DNA of 64,000 nt. Origin: Utricularia gibba. Taxonomy: Eukaryota; Plantae; Magnoliophyta. The notes beneath the pieces are model-generated. The model did not search any database and had not been told where the DNA came from. It worked only from the letters and a program-made list of their open reading frames with translations. The stretch's first letter is position 1, and every line of letters begins with the position of its first letter. This document shows, in pieces, positions 1 through 13,689 of this stretch. Where the stretch lies: contig NEEC01000024.1 in the NCBI GenBank assembly GCA_002189035.1, positions 558,001 to 622,000 on the forward strand. The letters run 5' to 3'. Both the position numbers and the translations under genes were made by a program.

Positions 1-120
1 GCGGCGAGGTATTCGCTGTGGGCTTCAGTCATGCTTGGTGTTGGCTGCAAGCCCATTTCCATAATTTCCAAGAAGAGGGGAGAGCAACTCACCCATAATC
101 CCCATGTATATGGCAAGTAA
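1..120 (+). CDS. Possible 3' terminal coding exon of an unidentified gene converging on SDN5 (partial)
   Basis: Frame 1 is open from base 1 (AARYSLWASVMLGVGCKPISIISKKRGEQLTHNPHVYGK) to TAA at 118-120 and is followed by 3'UTR-like T-rich sequence. I do not recognise the protein and the ORF is short. Confidence 0.3.
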   Translation, partial: AARYSLWASVMLGVGCKPISIISKKRGEQLTHNPHVYGK

Positions 121-409
121 TATTTGCTTAGATTTTCTTTCTGCCCTGTAATGCAAGGCGAGGAACTGGGGACTGCACGAAGACCGAACCACCTCATGTT
201 TATAACTTTCATATCTTGCCCTGTTATCTTGTGAAGTAGCAAAATTTGCATGAATCTGGAATCATGGAGGGGAAAGCTTATCTCATGAGGTCCAGCAAGA
301 CTGGAAGAAGTCAGTCAAGTTCGCTAACACCGATATCTCAAGTAGATGCTTTCGAAGCCAAAGTGAATACCTATGGGCGATACTGCTAGTGCTGGCTGAT
401 GCATGAGTG

Positions 410-3402
410 CTAGTGCTTGATGCCTACAAAACACAAACCTACTTCGGCTTGAGCTTGCAGCTCTTCAAGCGCTTTAACCATCTTTTCCCGAGAAAATGCA
501 CTTTCCGTTTGCTTAGACAGCATACCCCTTAATCTTCAAGAAAAGGGATTGGTTAGTCAGTCACAGCATCACATGGAAGAAAATGCAAATAACAAGATCC
601 ACATGTAAACATTACTTTTGTACAAGTGCAGTGTCCCCATGGCCGGTTGCGATAATGAGCATGGCATTGGGCGGTAGACATGAATACAGTGCTTTGACTC
701 GGCTATTGATTCTGCGCAGAATGGCCTCCAACTCTGAAGGGACGACGGATGCAATTTTTTTCTTTCGGCAATCACTGTTGCATGTTAGCGCAGAAATCAT
801 CTCTGCGATCTTTGTGCTGAGTTTTCCATCATCATTGGCTCGTTTGCAATAATAAGAATACAATTCAGAGAATTGTGTCCAGACAAATTCCACCCTTCCA
901 TTTTTTACCTATGAATTACCACATCAAGGATTAATCATTTTTTCTATATACCTTCTAAGTTAGTTGAAAAGAAAGAAATCCAACCTCTTTGCCAGCTTTT
1001 AGAAGAGCTTCATCATCAGAAGATACAGGGATTGCATGAGATGCCTCAGAGGCATAGCGTCTTACCACAAAGACATCGTCAACCAGGGATGATGTTTTAC
1101 CAGAATCACTAAACACCTGCAGAAGTTTCCTTCTCGTGGAAGAGGATGCGGGAAAGCCAAAACCCGGTCCTAAATCATGGATAAGATGAGAAAGAGGAAA
1201 ATCAAGAATTTGAGGGATTAGTTAGCGATTAGTTAGCGATTAGTTTCCATGAAAAACGAAAATAAAAAATAATTACCATGCTTAAACTTTAGTAGTGCAA
1301 GATCCATTGCAGCTCTGGCATCATCAACACTATCATGCCCATTCTCAGAGTTCTGTATTTCTCTGGAAAGAAGCCTCTTGGTTAGCACACGAAGTGCTGG
1401 TTTGTAAGAACGACCATTTGGGGGGCTATATAAAATGGCAGTATCAATCACCAAATTGTGGCGAATCTTTAAAGCAATCAAATCATTTTCTAATGAATGT
1501 CCAACAAGGAAGGTCTCTTTGTGAACCAGCCCAAGAAAATCTTCCTAAAACAAGGGCCAGAGTCAACTCTAGAAAATGCAGCTTAAGGTTGATTATAACT
1601 GAAAGTAAGAAGATCAGAACCTGCGCATCTTGAAGAGTGGTTGTCACACCTTCCATCATCTCACGAGTAATTCCACTATATCTGAACAATCACGGCTATA
1701 AAAGTTAAAAAATTATTCCACATTCAGCGTGCTTCTCACAGCTGAACCCCCAGTTAAGGCAGGAGAACATTAAAATAATATTCAAAGGTAAGGCATGAAT
1801 TAGTACCTCGTGTTATAGTCAGTTATATCATTGGATGGCTTAACAAGTTTATCTAATAATACCTGCAAATTTAGAAAGACTACCAAGTTAGACCATGCAT
1901 ATAATTTAGTTGAAAAACATTCAAACATGATAAAAAACGCTGGTAATGATCGGAGGAGCATGAGTTACCTGTCCTGTGGTGTTGACAACGGTAATTCTTG
2001 TAAGTTCAAAACCCTCTTTTGTAACGCACTAATGAAACCAACAAAAAAACACTATCGCTCACTTTGGCACACTAGAACATCTGAACTCAGAAAAATGTAG
2101 AAGCATGAAAACTATAAAGTTTGGATTTTAGGCACACATAATTCACATTATGATTCGAAGACTCACCATTTCACAGTCAAGAGCCAAAATATCATGTGAT
2201 GGAGTCCCTGATGTAGCAGGACGCGTAGAAATAAAATCTGCAAGAGAACATTTAAGAACAATATATAACGAAAAGCCAAGGAAGCGAACAATGCAATACC
2301 TGGATTGCTGAGGTAACCATTATCTTCCAACTGTTTAGGAGTAAGAGCATAATACATAATTGGAAATGGCATCTCCTCCGTCAAGAGAAGACCAGGTGAA
2401 TCCCTTGGACCCTTGTCAGGAGATACTGCTTTAAGTACAACAATTTCAGTGGGCATTAAAAAAAATGACCTCCTTATTGATGCCAACAGCTTAGAGATTC
2501 AAACACCTTGAGAAAACATCTGGAAAGACATCTTTCGCCCATTTTCTACTTCATTTCTCTTTCTCTTCACTCTGCAGGTAAGAAGTGCATCTACAGTTTG
2601 CATTCCATCTGATGCACAGCTAGGATATTTACAACGGAAAGACACAGGCTTCATTAGCACAAGAATCCATTAACTGGAAGATATCCAGGGAAGCATCCGC
2701 AGTGCATGAAAGGAACTGAAAGCTAACCTGAGAGCTAAAACTGCACGCGGAATTCCACAGCATTCTCTAAAGCCCTTTAGAACCTTGGACTGTGATAAGT
2801 ACAAGGCTGCATCAAGACCAGGCACATATAGCATAACGACTTTGGGAATCAATGGCTTATTCTGAGGAAAAAGCATCAATCACCATGAGCGACTTTACAA
2901 AGTAATGATGATAATAAAACCAAAAAAACAAACGGAAATGGTGCTAAAAATACATGCTTACTTTAACAAAAATCCATGAAGGCATGAAGCCGTTGGCAAG
3001 CACCCAGGTGGCGAGTTCTTGGACGTCCTGGCAGCAAGTGCATAAACAAGAAGAGTCAAGCTAACGTGAAATGGCGAAAGAATAAGGAAATTTGGCACAG
3101 AAAATAAAAGGTCGCACCTGAATATTCAACGTCGTACTCGCTGTTGCTTCCTTCATAACAACATCGGCCCTTGCCTGCAGAAGATGATTAAGGCCACAAA
3201 CTCCAAGTAAAATAAGTAATGAGAAGCCACAGTTGCGGATTTCTAACACCACTTGCGGTATTTTTTCCACCAGCCAATCCAGAACCCATTGCCACACCCC
3301 AATGTGAAGAAGAAAGAAGTTCACCTCTGGTCCGTAAACATCATAGAAGGGCTTGTCAATGATGTCATCGTTATGGCCGATTTCTTGGGCCTCGGAAGTC
3401 AT
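410..3402 (-). CDS. SDN5: Small RNA degrading nuclease 5-like DEDDh 3'-5' exonuclease (REXO1 family), 14 exons, about 563 aa
   Basis: Exons with GT-AG borders: 3325-3402, 3118-3174, 2962-3027, 2728-2861, 2507-2619, 2300-2425, 2167-2237, 1969-2028, 1807-1862, 1621-1681, 1277-1544, 985-1169, 616-908, 410-533 (1692 nt, open frame). Exonuclease motifs [15 protein letters not shown] and [12 protein letters not shown] are present. The N-terminus ([29 protein letters not shown]) and C-terminus ([19 protein letters not shown]) match my recollection of Arabidopsis SDN5. Confidence 0.92.
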
Positions 3403-4362
3403 CCCCCGCGAATTGGACTGGCAGCCAATCGGAGAGGGAATGAGCTCTATCCTTCAGCTACTTGTGTGTTCCTAACTTGGGAAAAGCACGGAGACGGAAT
3501 CGGCAGAACCCCCTCTTCCCTGTCTTCCTTTGGGCGTTTTCACGGGGGTGAGATGGGCTTTGAGTTCGGAATCCGGATGACTAATTTTTGGGTTTTTGCA
3601 CACCACAGTTTTGAAACCGATTAATCACTTACATCAAGTTATATTTGATTATTTGTAAAGTAGCTTAATTTTAAGGATAATGTACAAAACAAATTCAACA
3701 TATTAAACAAATTATAGTTAATATTCGTAATAAACATATTAACTATTATAGAGTTGAAGGTGGGGCTCAAATTATAGTTAAACAATAGTTTATAGTTAAA
3801 CAAATTTGGCATGATAGTTAAACATTTTTACAATATTAACCATAGTGGGGCTCACTAAGCGGATTCAAAGTGGGATAATAGAGATAAAATAGGGAAAATC
3901 CTAATGTCTCAATCCCTTTGCACAAGACTTGAAGAATAACTCAGCAGTATGCACAAGAGAAGTCTATGACCATTATGCATTCAAGTCATTCATAATGAAA
4001 AAAAAATGGTTTACTCACCAAGAAACAAGGGCTATGTAGCTTGCGCAAGGGACAAAAAGTAAACAGCATGCCAAGAAACAACATAGAAACAAGCATACCA
4101 AAATTCTAATTTACAATAACTATCTCGAAAAAATAATACCAAAAACAGATGCCTAGGTTCCAGCAAAACATAAAATGCAAGGAGTTGATTAATGAAATAT
4201 ATGCCAAATTTCGATTTTTTTTTAAAGGTATGAAAAACAATCTAAAAAGTAAACTATTCCCCCCCTCCCCCCACACTTAAATGACATCTTGTCTTCAAGA
4301 TGGGTAGAAACACTTACCTTTCGTCAGGTGCTCTGATGTATCTAATAGTGTGGAATTTTTCC

Positions 4363-7300
4363 TCAAAAGAATCCGTTGCACCTATGCTTATTGAAGAGAA
4401 AGAAGAAAAGAAAAACAATGCAAGAGAAAATCGAAAATAAAATAACTAAAAGGGAAATCACTTGTTTTTGTAATGGCAACAAGTAAACTATAGATGCTTT
4501 CTCATCAAGGTGGGGGTGGTTAGAGATGTCCACTGGAACATGCAATGTGCCCATGGAAGATTTTACCCCTTCATGAAACCGTTTCAATCTCTTAATATTT
4601 ACCGTAAATTCTCCATGGTCAGGATGTGTGATGAGGACTACTCCACTGGGATAGATTTTCTTGATGGTGTATGGTCCACGCCATCTAGACTTGAGCTTTC
4701 CTGGAAATAAACGAAAACGAGAATTAAATAACAAAATTGGGCCACCTTCCACCAGGTCCTTGCGCAAGTGACTATCATGCCAAGCCTTTGTTTGTTCCTT
4801 GTACAGTTTTGCATTTTCGTAGGCACTCATCCTTAGCTCGTCCAGCTCTTGGAGTTGCAAGATCCTTTGCTCTCCAGCAGCCTTGGCATCCAAATTTAAT
4901 TCTTTGATAGCCCAATATGCCTTGTCCTCTAATTCCATAGGCAAGTGACAAGCTTTCCCATAAACCAAACGATAAGGGGAGGTCCCTAAGGGAGTCTTAT
5001 ACGCTGTGCGATAAGCCCATAAAGCATCAGTTATTTTGGTTGCCCAATCCTTGCGGGTTTTGGCCACCGTACGCTCCAGAATCCCCTTCAATTCCCTGTT
5101 AGTTACCTCCACTTGTCCGCAGGTTTGTGGGTGATATGGGGTTGATGCCCTGTGTCCTACTCCATATTTGCGCAAGAGCTTCCGGAATTCTCTTTCAATG
5201 AACTGTTTTCCTCCATCACTTATGACGTATCTTGGGGCTCCAAACCTGGGTAGAATGATCTGTTTGAATAGCTTAATTACGGCTCTTCCATCAGCTACTG
5301 GAACCGCAATAGCTTCTGCCCATTTTGAGACATAATCCACCGCCACAAGAATTTGAGTGTTGCCATAAGAAGATGGAAAGGGTCCCATAAAATCCAGCCT
5401 CCAAACATCGAAAATTTCCACCTCTAGGATATATGTCATGGGTCCGTCATCTCTCCTGGAAATAGAACCCGAATGCTGACACAGTTCACATGCTTGAACA
5501 AATGCCCTCACATCATGATTCATGGTGGGCCAATAAAATCTAGATTGAAGAATTTTGAAGAGTGTTTTTGATGTTGCTGCATGCCCTCCATATGGTGATG
5601 AATGACAATGCCAAATAACGTCCATTACCTCCTCTGGTAGTAGGCATCTTCTGATAATTCCATCCACACAACGTTTGAAAAGCAGAGGTTCTTCCAGAAA
5701 TAATGCTTCGCTTGCACAAGGAAGCGCTTCCACTGGTTGAAGTTCAGATTCTGGGGAAAGACTCCTCCAACGAGATAATTGACAAAATCAGCATACCATG
5801 GCAGATTGCCATCTTGGACAGCAAGGATACGTTCTTGGGGGAAAGAATCATCAATGGGTAACTCCCCCACACTTGTTTCAAGCTGTAGGCGTGACAAATG
5901 GTCAGCCACTCCATTTTCCTTGCCCTTCTTGTCACGAATTTCCAGATCAAATTCTTGGAGGAGCAGTATCCATCTTATCAATCTGGGTTTCGATTCCTGC
6001 TTGCTCAAAAGATATTTCAAGGCAGCATGATCGGTATGAACAATTGCCGGCAACTCCTTTTCTATGGTTGTGTAGTTCCTTTGGGCTGCAGTGAGAGTTT
6101 TGCTAGCATAATAAATCACATAATTTACCTTGTCTTTTTTCTGTCCAAGAACAGCCCCAACAGCACAATCACTTGCATCACACATCAGTTCAAATGGCAG
6201 GGTCCAATCTAGTGGTTGAAGAATGGGTATAGTAATAAGAGCTTGCTTCAGCGTGTTGAAGGCGTGCACACATTGTGCATCAAAACAAAAATACGCGTCT
6301 TGCGCAAGCAGCGCTGTTAGTGGGTGAGAAATGTGCGAAAAATTAGCAATAAACCTCCTATAAAATCCTGCATGCCCCAAGAAGCTTTTGATCCCTTTTA
6401 CCGTAGTTGGTGCTGGTAATTTTTCAATCACCTCGATTTTTGTTGGATCCACTTGAATGCCTTTGGAAGAAATGTGATGTCCAAGCGCAATGCCTTCTTC
6501 AACCATAAAATGACATTTCTCCCAATTGAGTACCAAGTTGCACTCAATACACCTCTCCAAAATGATGCCTAAGTTCTGCAAACATGAATCGAAATCAGTT
6601 CCATAAACAAATATATCATCCATAAATACCTCCATGATCTTCTCCACGTGTTCTGAAAAAATAGCTGTCATGCAACGCTAAAAAGTTCCAGGAGCATTGC
6701 ACAAACCGAATGGCATTCTCTTGTATGCAAAGGTGCCAAAAGGACAAGTAAATGTGGTCTTGTGTTGATCTTCCGTATGAATTGGAATCTGAAAATATCC
6801 GGAATAACCATCAAGGTAACAATAGAAAGCTTGGTTACTTAACCTTTCCAGAATTTGATCAATAAATGGCAATGGGTAATGATCCTTTCTGGTGGTATCA
6901 TTGAGTTTCCAAAAATCTATACACATCCTCTAGCCAGTGACCTTGCGCAAGGAGATGAGGTCTCCCTTCTCGTTTCGTGTCACTGTCATGCCTCCTTTCT
7001 TTGGTACGTAGTGCATGGGGCTAACCCATTGGCTGTCTGAAATAGAGTAGATGATATCAGCATCTAAAAATTTCAAAATTTCATTTTTAATCACCTCCTT
7101 TAGTATAGGATTCGCTCGCCTTTGTGGTTGCACAATTGGTCTTGCTTCAGCTTCCAAATAAATTCGATGGGTGCAAAATTGAGGATTAAGTCCTTTTAAG
7201 TCGTCCAAGGTGTACCCAATGGCTTGTCTGTGTTTGCGCAAGACATCCAACAGCATTTGGGTGTGGTATTCATTCAATCCTGCGTTAACAATCACGGGGT

Positions 7301-10160
7301 AAGTGTGATCATCCTCAAGAAATTCGTACCTCAATGATGGTGGCAGCTTCTTCAACTCAATTTTTCCTCCAGCATCAAGTTCCTTTTTTGTTAGCCGAGC
7401 CATCATTGGTGTGTCATTTGGAGTGTCTTCTTTTTCATCCTGCAGAAGATTTACTTCCTGAATCTCGTGCAGAAAAACTGCTTGCGCATGCTCCTGCGTA
7501 ACAGCATCTTCCGCTTCCCCTTGCGCAAGCTCGTCGCAGTCAAATTGCTTCATTGCTTTATCAACATTGAACTCCAATTCCTCTTCTCCGAATCTGAGTG
7601 TCAATTTCCCTGCTCTAACATCAATTAAAGCTCCTATGGTTGCCATAAATGGTCTCCCGAAAATGATTGGCACCTCCACATCAAGTGCCATATCCAAAAC
7701 AACAAAATCATAAGGAACAAAATATTTTCCAATTTTTTCCAGTACGTTTTCTACCACTCCTTCAGGATTCTTCATGGATTTATCAACAAATACCAATTGA
7801 ATTTTTGTTGTTCTCAGCTCTTCAAGATTCAGTGCTTTGAATAAAGAATAAGGCATCAAGCTGATACTTGACCCAAGATCATATAAGCACTTCTCAAAAT
7901 TGCTTCTTCCAATGATACAAGGGATTGAAAAAATTCCAGGATCTGCATGCTTTTGAATTAGGCCTTGTGTAAGAACCGTGCTGCATTGCTTGGATAATTC
8001 AATAACAGCATCATTCTCAATCTTCCTTCGATTGGCCAGAATATCCTTCAAGAATTTCGCATAAGTGGGCATTTGCAACATCACATCAATGAATGGGGAT
8101 GTTCACATGAAGAGTTTTCAGCATCTCCAGAAACTTGGAATATTGTTGATCCACTGATCATTTGGCCTATCTCTATGGATAAGGGATTGGAGGATTATAA
8201 GAAGGTGGAGATACGTACACTGGAACATCCAACAATTTGACTGCTTGCACAGGGGCTGCTGCTGTTGCACTCTGCATCCCACTTCTCGTTGTTATAGCCT
8301 TACATTCAACAGGATTCTTCTCTGGTTGACTTGGGAGCCTCGAAGCCTTGTGGGTTTGAGCAGCATTGTTCATCCAACTGTCCAGGATGTGTGTAGTCAT
8401 ACTGAGTTGCTCCACACGCTCACTCACCTTTTTTAGTTGCTCTATTACTTCTTTATTCACTCCTTCTTGCTTTTCCATGAATTGCCCTAGCATATCTCGT
8501 AAGAATGGGCGTTGGGGCTGCTACTGGTTCTGATTCTGGGTTTGCCAAGTGTTGCCCCGATTTCCCCAGTTGTTCCCTTGCGTAGGCACAGAGGCTCCTT
8601 GTGCAAGTTTTCCCTAAAAGTTCACAAAATTAACATTCATACCTTCGTCTTCTGCCTCACTCTCTGTCTTCTCTGAGGCTGCTTGGACTTGAGCAATGAC
8701 AGGCTGGAGTTTGTTGATTTTATCGTCTAATTTTTGCAATGTTTCGGTAATCTTTGAGACAGTAGTGTCACGTGGGTTGTCCCGAACTCCAGTTTTCGAA
8801 TTCCTTGCTGGTTGAGACCATCGTGCCTATCGTTTTGCAAACTCATTAATTAGTTCCCAAGCCCTTCTAGGACTTACATGGTCCGGGGGTCCAACACCCG
8901 CATTAAGCAGTCCCTTTGCTTGCGCAGTCAATCCATCATGGAAGCACATGATCATAGCAGTGGGGCTGAGTCCATGCTTATCCGTGACTCATGTAATTTC
9001 CTTAAATCTCTCCCAAGCTGCTGCTATTCCTTCTCCTTCATCCTGTGAAAAATTGGTGATCTCAAACCTAGTGTTAGAATACTTTGTGGGTTCAAAATAT
9101 TTGTCCAAAAATGCATCCTCCAATTCTTCCCAAGTGTAAATAGAGTTGGGTGTCAATGAGTCTAACCATCTCCTTGCTGATCCTCATAACAAAAATGGAA
9201 ATAAACGTAACCTGATTGCGTCGTCAGAGACTCCTCGTTCCACCACCATGTCACAATACCTGAGAAAAATTGCAATGTGTTCTTCGGGACCCTCACCGGG
9301 TTCTCCACGAAATGGGCTTTGTTGCACCATGGTGATCAATGAAGGCTGGAGTTGGAACCTTTGCACGTTGATGGCTGGTGCTGAAATTGGACCAGGCTTC
9401 CCTGTGTGTCAAAAATTATCATCTAAAGGGATTTCAGCCCAGGGATCAACAGCAAATCTGTTAGCATTCTGCTCCATACGCACATACCTGTCTCTTCTTG
9501 CGCGATGGTTCTTCGCTTGCGCAGGTAGTTCCCTGCATACCGCTTCTGGTCCTTCCTCTTCGCTAGATGTTTCTTCAGCACGCACATTCCTCCTGGGCAT
9601 TTGCCTTTGTCTTCCATGATTTTCCCATTCAGGATTTCCTACAAATTCATACCTCTGCTCGTGATGGGGATTTTGGTTGTCACGTCGGTTTACTCCATTG
9701 TAACCCCAACGGTCTTCTCCTTCCCACCTTGGAGGAGAGTTCACTCCTCGCCTTGGAGTTCGTGGGTTGCTGTTCTGTTTGTCATGATGTTGAGGTTCAA
9801 AAGCCCTGTTTTCTTGCCATCCTTGTGCAAATGGTTTTCATTTGCACCTGCATGCCTGGGTCTGATAATGCACCCGTGGGCCCGTCTTGGAGAGGTTCCT
9901 TGCCTCGATTTGGTCTCAATCTTGCTGCTGTTCGTTCTTGTGCAGGCTCTTGATCGGATCCATCGCTACGCCTTCAATATACCCCTGCATGATTAGCAGC
10001 AGATCTGCCTATACCTGTTCCTTCATTTAACAGCAAGGCTGATCTAGTTGCCCTGTTTGGCTGGTGTCTTGGCGTCCGTGCTCATTCACTATCTGGTTTG
10101 GACATCACCACATAGTCCTCCTCATGTCCAAAATGCCTTCTAGACATGGTTTCTCTGCGT
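4363..10160 (-). pseudogene. Disrupted gag-pol of Athila copy 1
   Basis: ORF pieces 4363-5733 (integrase), 5625-6671 (RT/RNase H), 6678-6926, 6930-8084 (protease), 8173-8493, 9184-9366 and 9409-9744 are separated by in-frame stops (TAG near 6679, 8173, 8617, 8829) and frameshifts. RNase H has an in-frame deletion ([11 protein letters not shown]). Confidence 0.9.
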
Positions 10161-10381
10161 TGCGCTTGCGCTTGACGACTTTCCAACTTAATTCTCTGAC
10201 AGGTCCGGTCAATTTCCAGGTCTAGCGTGTACAGTTCGGTTGAAGCCTTATGCCTGCGCATGCAACACTAATTAAAAGCAACTGCTTGCGCAAGTGCGCT
10301 AAACAGAATGTCTCGAAAATAATAGAAAAATCAGGAATGATTAGAAAAGAAATCAGAAAAGAAATTCCAAAGGAATACAAT

Positions 10382-10399
10382 TCCCCAACAACGGCGCCA
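10382..10399 (-). other. Primer binding site of Athila copy 1 (tRNA-Asp type)
   Basis: The minus strand reads TGGCGCCGTTGTTGGGGA a few bases after the LTR end (..CTATCA), close to the Athila PBS TGGCGCCGTTGCCGGGGA. Confidence 0.85.
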
Positions 10400-10405
10400 A
10401 AAACT

Positions 10406-11594
10406 TGATAGTGATTCTGCAAGTGCACAGAAACCGTCGAAGTAATAAAATAAGATCGTATCCATAGGGAATTGTTATTGGAATATACTTTTCAAACAAA
10501 GATTTAAAAAGACCGAAAATAAAAGAAATATTTGGTTTTGAAGACAATAAGAAAAGTGGACTTGGATCTAAGATCTACCTTATTTGAAACTCGCCCTTGC
10601 GTGTGTGCAAACCTTGAGAACTAACCTACTTGCACAAGCTTTGGGGGTGTTATGCTAAAATAGTGCTATTCGGTGACCGTTATAGCACCGTCCCTTGTTT
10701 TGTGGGATTATAGAATCAACCACGCCACCAGAGTCATTTCACCTCTTGTGATAACCCATATTTTCCTTACTCCCAAATCTAACTCCTACACCTCTCACCT
10801 CGCAGACAGATTAGACAGAATGCGCCTTACCAACAATGTTCGATTGAGCCCTTCTCCTTAGGTGCTTGAGGCCAACTTTTGATTCTCCTACACTCTCTTA
10901 GGGCTATATGGTACTAAAGATCACGTTGGCAAAGAAAACATTGCGAAAAACAGAATCAGACCTCAAATTAAATGTTGAAAAATATGGTAAGACAGTCAGA
11001 CGCGCAGAACTTGCGCAAGCAAGACTTCACACCAGATCCTCAGCCGCAAGCGCTCACACGTGCATAATTGACTCTAAACAACAAAAGTTGATGAAAAACA
11101 AAGAGAAAGGAATCCAAAACATACTAGACTCGACTCTAAACCCTAGATTGACTCTCTGGTCAGCCACCCTTGACTCTCTCCTAAGTCTTTGCGTTTGAAT
11201 CTTTATATAATGATGGGGACTTGTTGGGCTTTCTTGATGGGCTCACATCAAATCTTCTATCCGAATCTTCTAAGATTTGATACAAATCTTCTAGGATGAG
11301 ACCAAATCTTCTAAGATTTGATAAGATGTGAATCTTATCTTATTCAAGAATCTTTGACCGAGTCTTCATTCGGATAGACCTTAGCCTCCATCAAAGTAGC
11401 TCGAAAATCCTCCAAGTTATTCTAAATTCGTCCTGAAAAATCACAAAACACACTTTATCTCCAAAAAGATCAAAGTGGTATGAAAGATATATAATTCTTT
11501 TAGAAACATAAGGAAAGTGAGATAAAAAGAATGCATAACCCATCTAAGGGAGTCCTAAAAAATACAAATATAAGTGACACAAAATCACTTATTA
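10406..11594 (-). repeat. 5' LTR of Athila copy 1 (about 1.19 kb)
   Basis: Runs from TGATAGTG to AATCACTTATTA (terminal CA degenerate). Homologous to 32493-33634 (inverted), 43614-44071 and 50082-50814. Confidence 0.88.
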
Positions 11595-13689
11595 CTGCAC
11601 ATAACACCTTAATCCGGATACAACCCACCTAGTCATATCGGTAACCCAATTGTGTATAATTATATAAATGCAAATGGAATTTATGTTCAACCACAAATAA
11701 TAATAAAAAAAAAACAATTGCATATATAACTTTTTTTTAACGGTAGTGAAGTATATGGGTAGTTTGGGAAATTACCGTAGTTTGTTATTCGTAAAATACT
11801 TTGATTTCAAATTTGATTTGTAAATTATTTTTGCTATATTGTTTTATTTATAAATCTAAATTTTCAATTTTTTAAATATTTTATAAGACACATGATTTCA
11901 AAATTATTTTTTTACTCAATAAGATATTATGTTTCAACCAATTTTCATCAACAAATAAAATCGATTTTATTTTGTTAATAATATTATAATCAATATATTT
12001 ATTATATATGAAACAATTTATATTTTTTAAAAAATACAAAATAAAAAATTAAAATTTTTACTCACGTCAGTACTTGAGTATTTTTACAAAATAAATAAAC
12101 AAAATTTAAAACATTATATATAAAAAAAAATTTAAAAATTCTTTTATTTAATTCATAATTTTTATTCACTCTAAAACTAAAATGATTATTACCATAGGTA
12201 ATTAAAAATAAATTAAATATGCACAATCCTTATTAATTCTTTATTTATAATGTCTTAAAAATAAATTACATTTTATTGAAGATAAGCATGAGTGCTTATA
12301 AAGAAAAAAATGAATTATTAAAAAATTAAAATATTTTGAGTTAATATAAAAACACAAAATATTATCAATTTCAATGTAACATGTTATTTCAATTATTTTT
12401 CAAAATCATTTTTAAATATGATTTTTTTTTTTGCTTCAATTTTAAATAAAAAATAGTTAATTTGATTTAAAAATAATTTTATAATTATAAATAAATTATA
12501 ATAATTAAAAGAAAAATATTGTGAATATAAAACATGATTAAAATATAAAGTATAATTGATATAATACGAAAAAAATATTCAAAGATCAAAATCAATATTT
12601 AATATATTTTTAAAAATAATAATAATCAATACATGCAATGTTGAATAATCAATTTATATATTTGTCAATGTGAGTCAACCTCATAAATTAGCTTTTGATT
12701 GAACTGAAATTTTCTGATGTGACTTTTCACATTATTCGCATATAGAACGTACAAATTGTTTGTACTTTGAGGTGAATTCAATGATATAAGAAAAACTGCA
12801 TTATTAATTTATAAAAATTACATTAGATAGTTTTATAAAAAAATTTTAAAAATACAGAAATTTAATAAATAATTTAAAGTTACGAATTGAGTTTAAAATC
12901 AATTTATATAAAAAGTCGCTCACTAATAATATATTGATGGAATTGTATTTCACTTGAAATAATTCATTCTCCAATCTATATTATAATGATTTCAACTTTA
13001 TAGTATCATATGCATTGTAGATCCATTAATTGGAAGTGATTATTCAATTGTTTGATCCTATAAAGAAACTTATAACACAAATTTTTCAATCTTTATGCTA
13101 TAAAAATTATAACTCTTAATCATGTTTGAGGTTTTTACTTTATAGTTTTAATCATTCCATGTTCTAACCCAATTGTGAGTCCAGTAGTGGCTTCCAAAAA
13201 TCACGAAAACATAAGAAGTTTGTAGCTCTCAACCTTGGAGCCTAAGCTTTGGAGAGTTTTGAAGCAACGAACTTGTGTGTTTTTCTGAAGAAAATTGATG
13301 AATTTTACAATGATGTTTTCTTACATTTTATAGACTATGGATTGTAGCCGTTGAAGATTAATTTTCGTCGTCCCTTGCAGGTTACCGGTGCAACCGACCT
13401 GGTCCTTTTGGTGTGGGCTTACCAATGAGCCTCTCTCAAGCTTGTGCATTTATTGATTGTCGAGATCCATCCATTATCTTATCTAGATGAGTAGCAGTGG
13501 CCCAGACCATCATCTTCACTTTCCTCTCTCTCCCTAAACCCTAAACCTCCGTCGGTACTTTAGCATGCGATGCTGGTCTGATAAGATTTACTAGAATTGA
13601 CTCATCAAGTACTAACATCCCCCCCGGATGGGTCAATTTTGGCTCTGGGAGGCACTCTTGGCAGTGAGGATTTCCTATTAAACCCATTA

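Larger units (their letters stand above)
3900..11594 (-). mobile_element. Athila-type Ty3/Gypsy LTR retrotransposon, copy 1 (5' LTR, gag and pol; 3' LTR missing; left boundary approximate)
   Basis: LTR at 10406-11594, tRNA-Asp-type PBS, gag (FQLQPSLITMVQQSPFRGEPGE), protease, RT (RKDHYPLPFIDQ, VFMDDI), RNase H (CDASD) and integrase ([22 protein letters not shown]) in Gypsy order. The Athila-like 3' motif AAGTGTGGGGGG is on the minus strand near 4265-4280. Confidence 0.92.

Noticed and set aside
4363-4520. Hydrophobic C-terminal tail on the integrase ORF, suggesting an env-like transmembrane segment
   Set aside because: The tail is Phe/Leu/Ile from read-through into T-rich non-coding sequence, and no separate env-like ORF is present.
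9146-9996. Plus-strand ORFs antisense to gag that recur in copy 2 (48776-49631)
   Set aside because: They are explained as shadow frames of the GC-richer gag region. Their lengths and stop positions differ between the copies.
11700-13150. Very AT-rich tract (similar tracts at 17900-18600, 21000-21900 and 43350-43610), possibly a Helitron or MITE
   Set aside because: I could not identify termini, a terminal hairpin, TIRs or ORFs, so I treat it as ordinary intergenic or decayed repeat DNA.
13532-13545. CCCTAAACCCTAAA telomere-like motif
   Set aside because: Only two units are present, which is common by chance or as a telo-box. There is no interstitial telomeric array.
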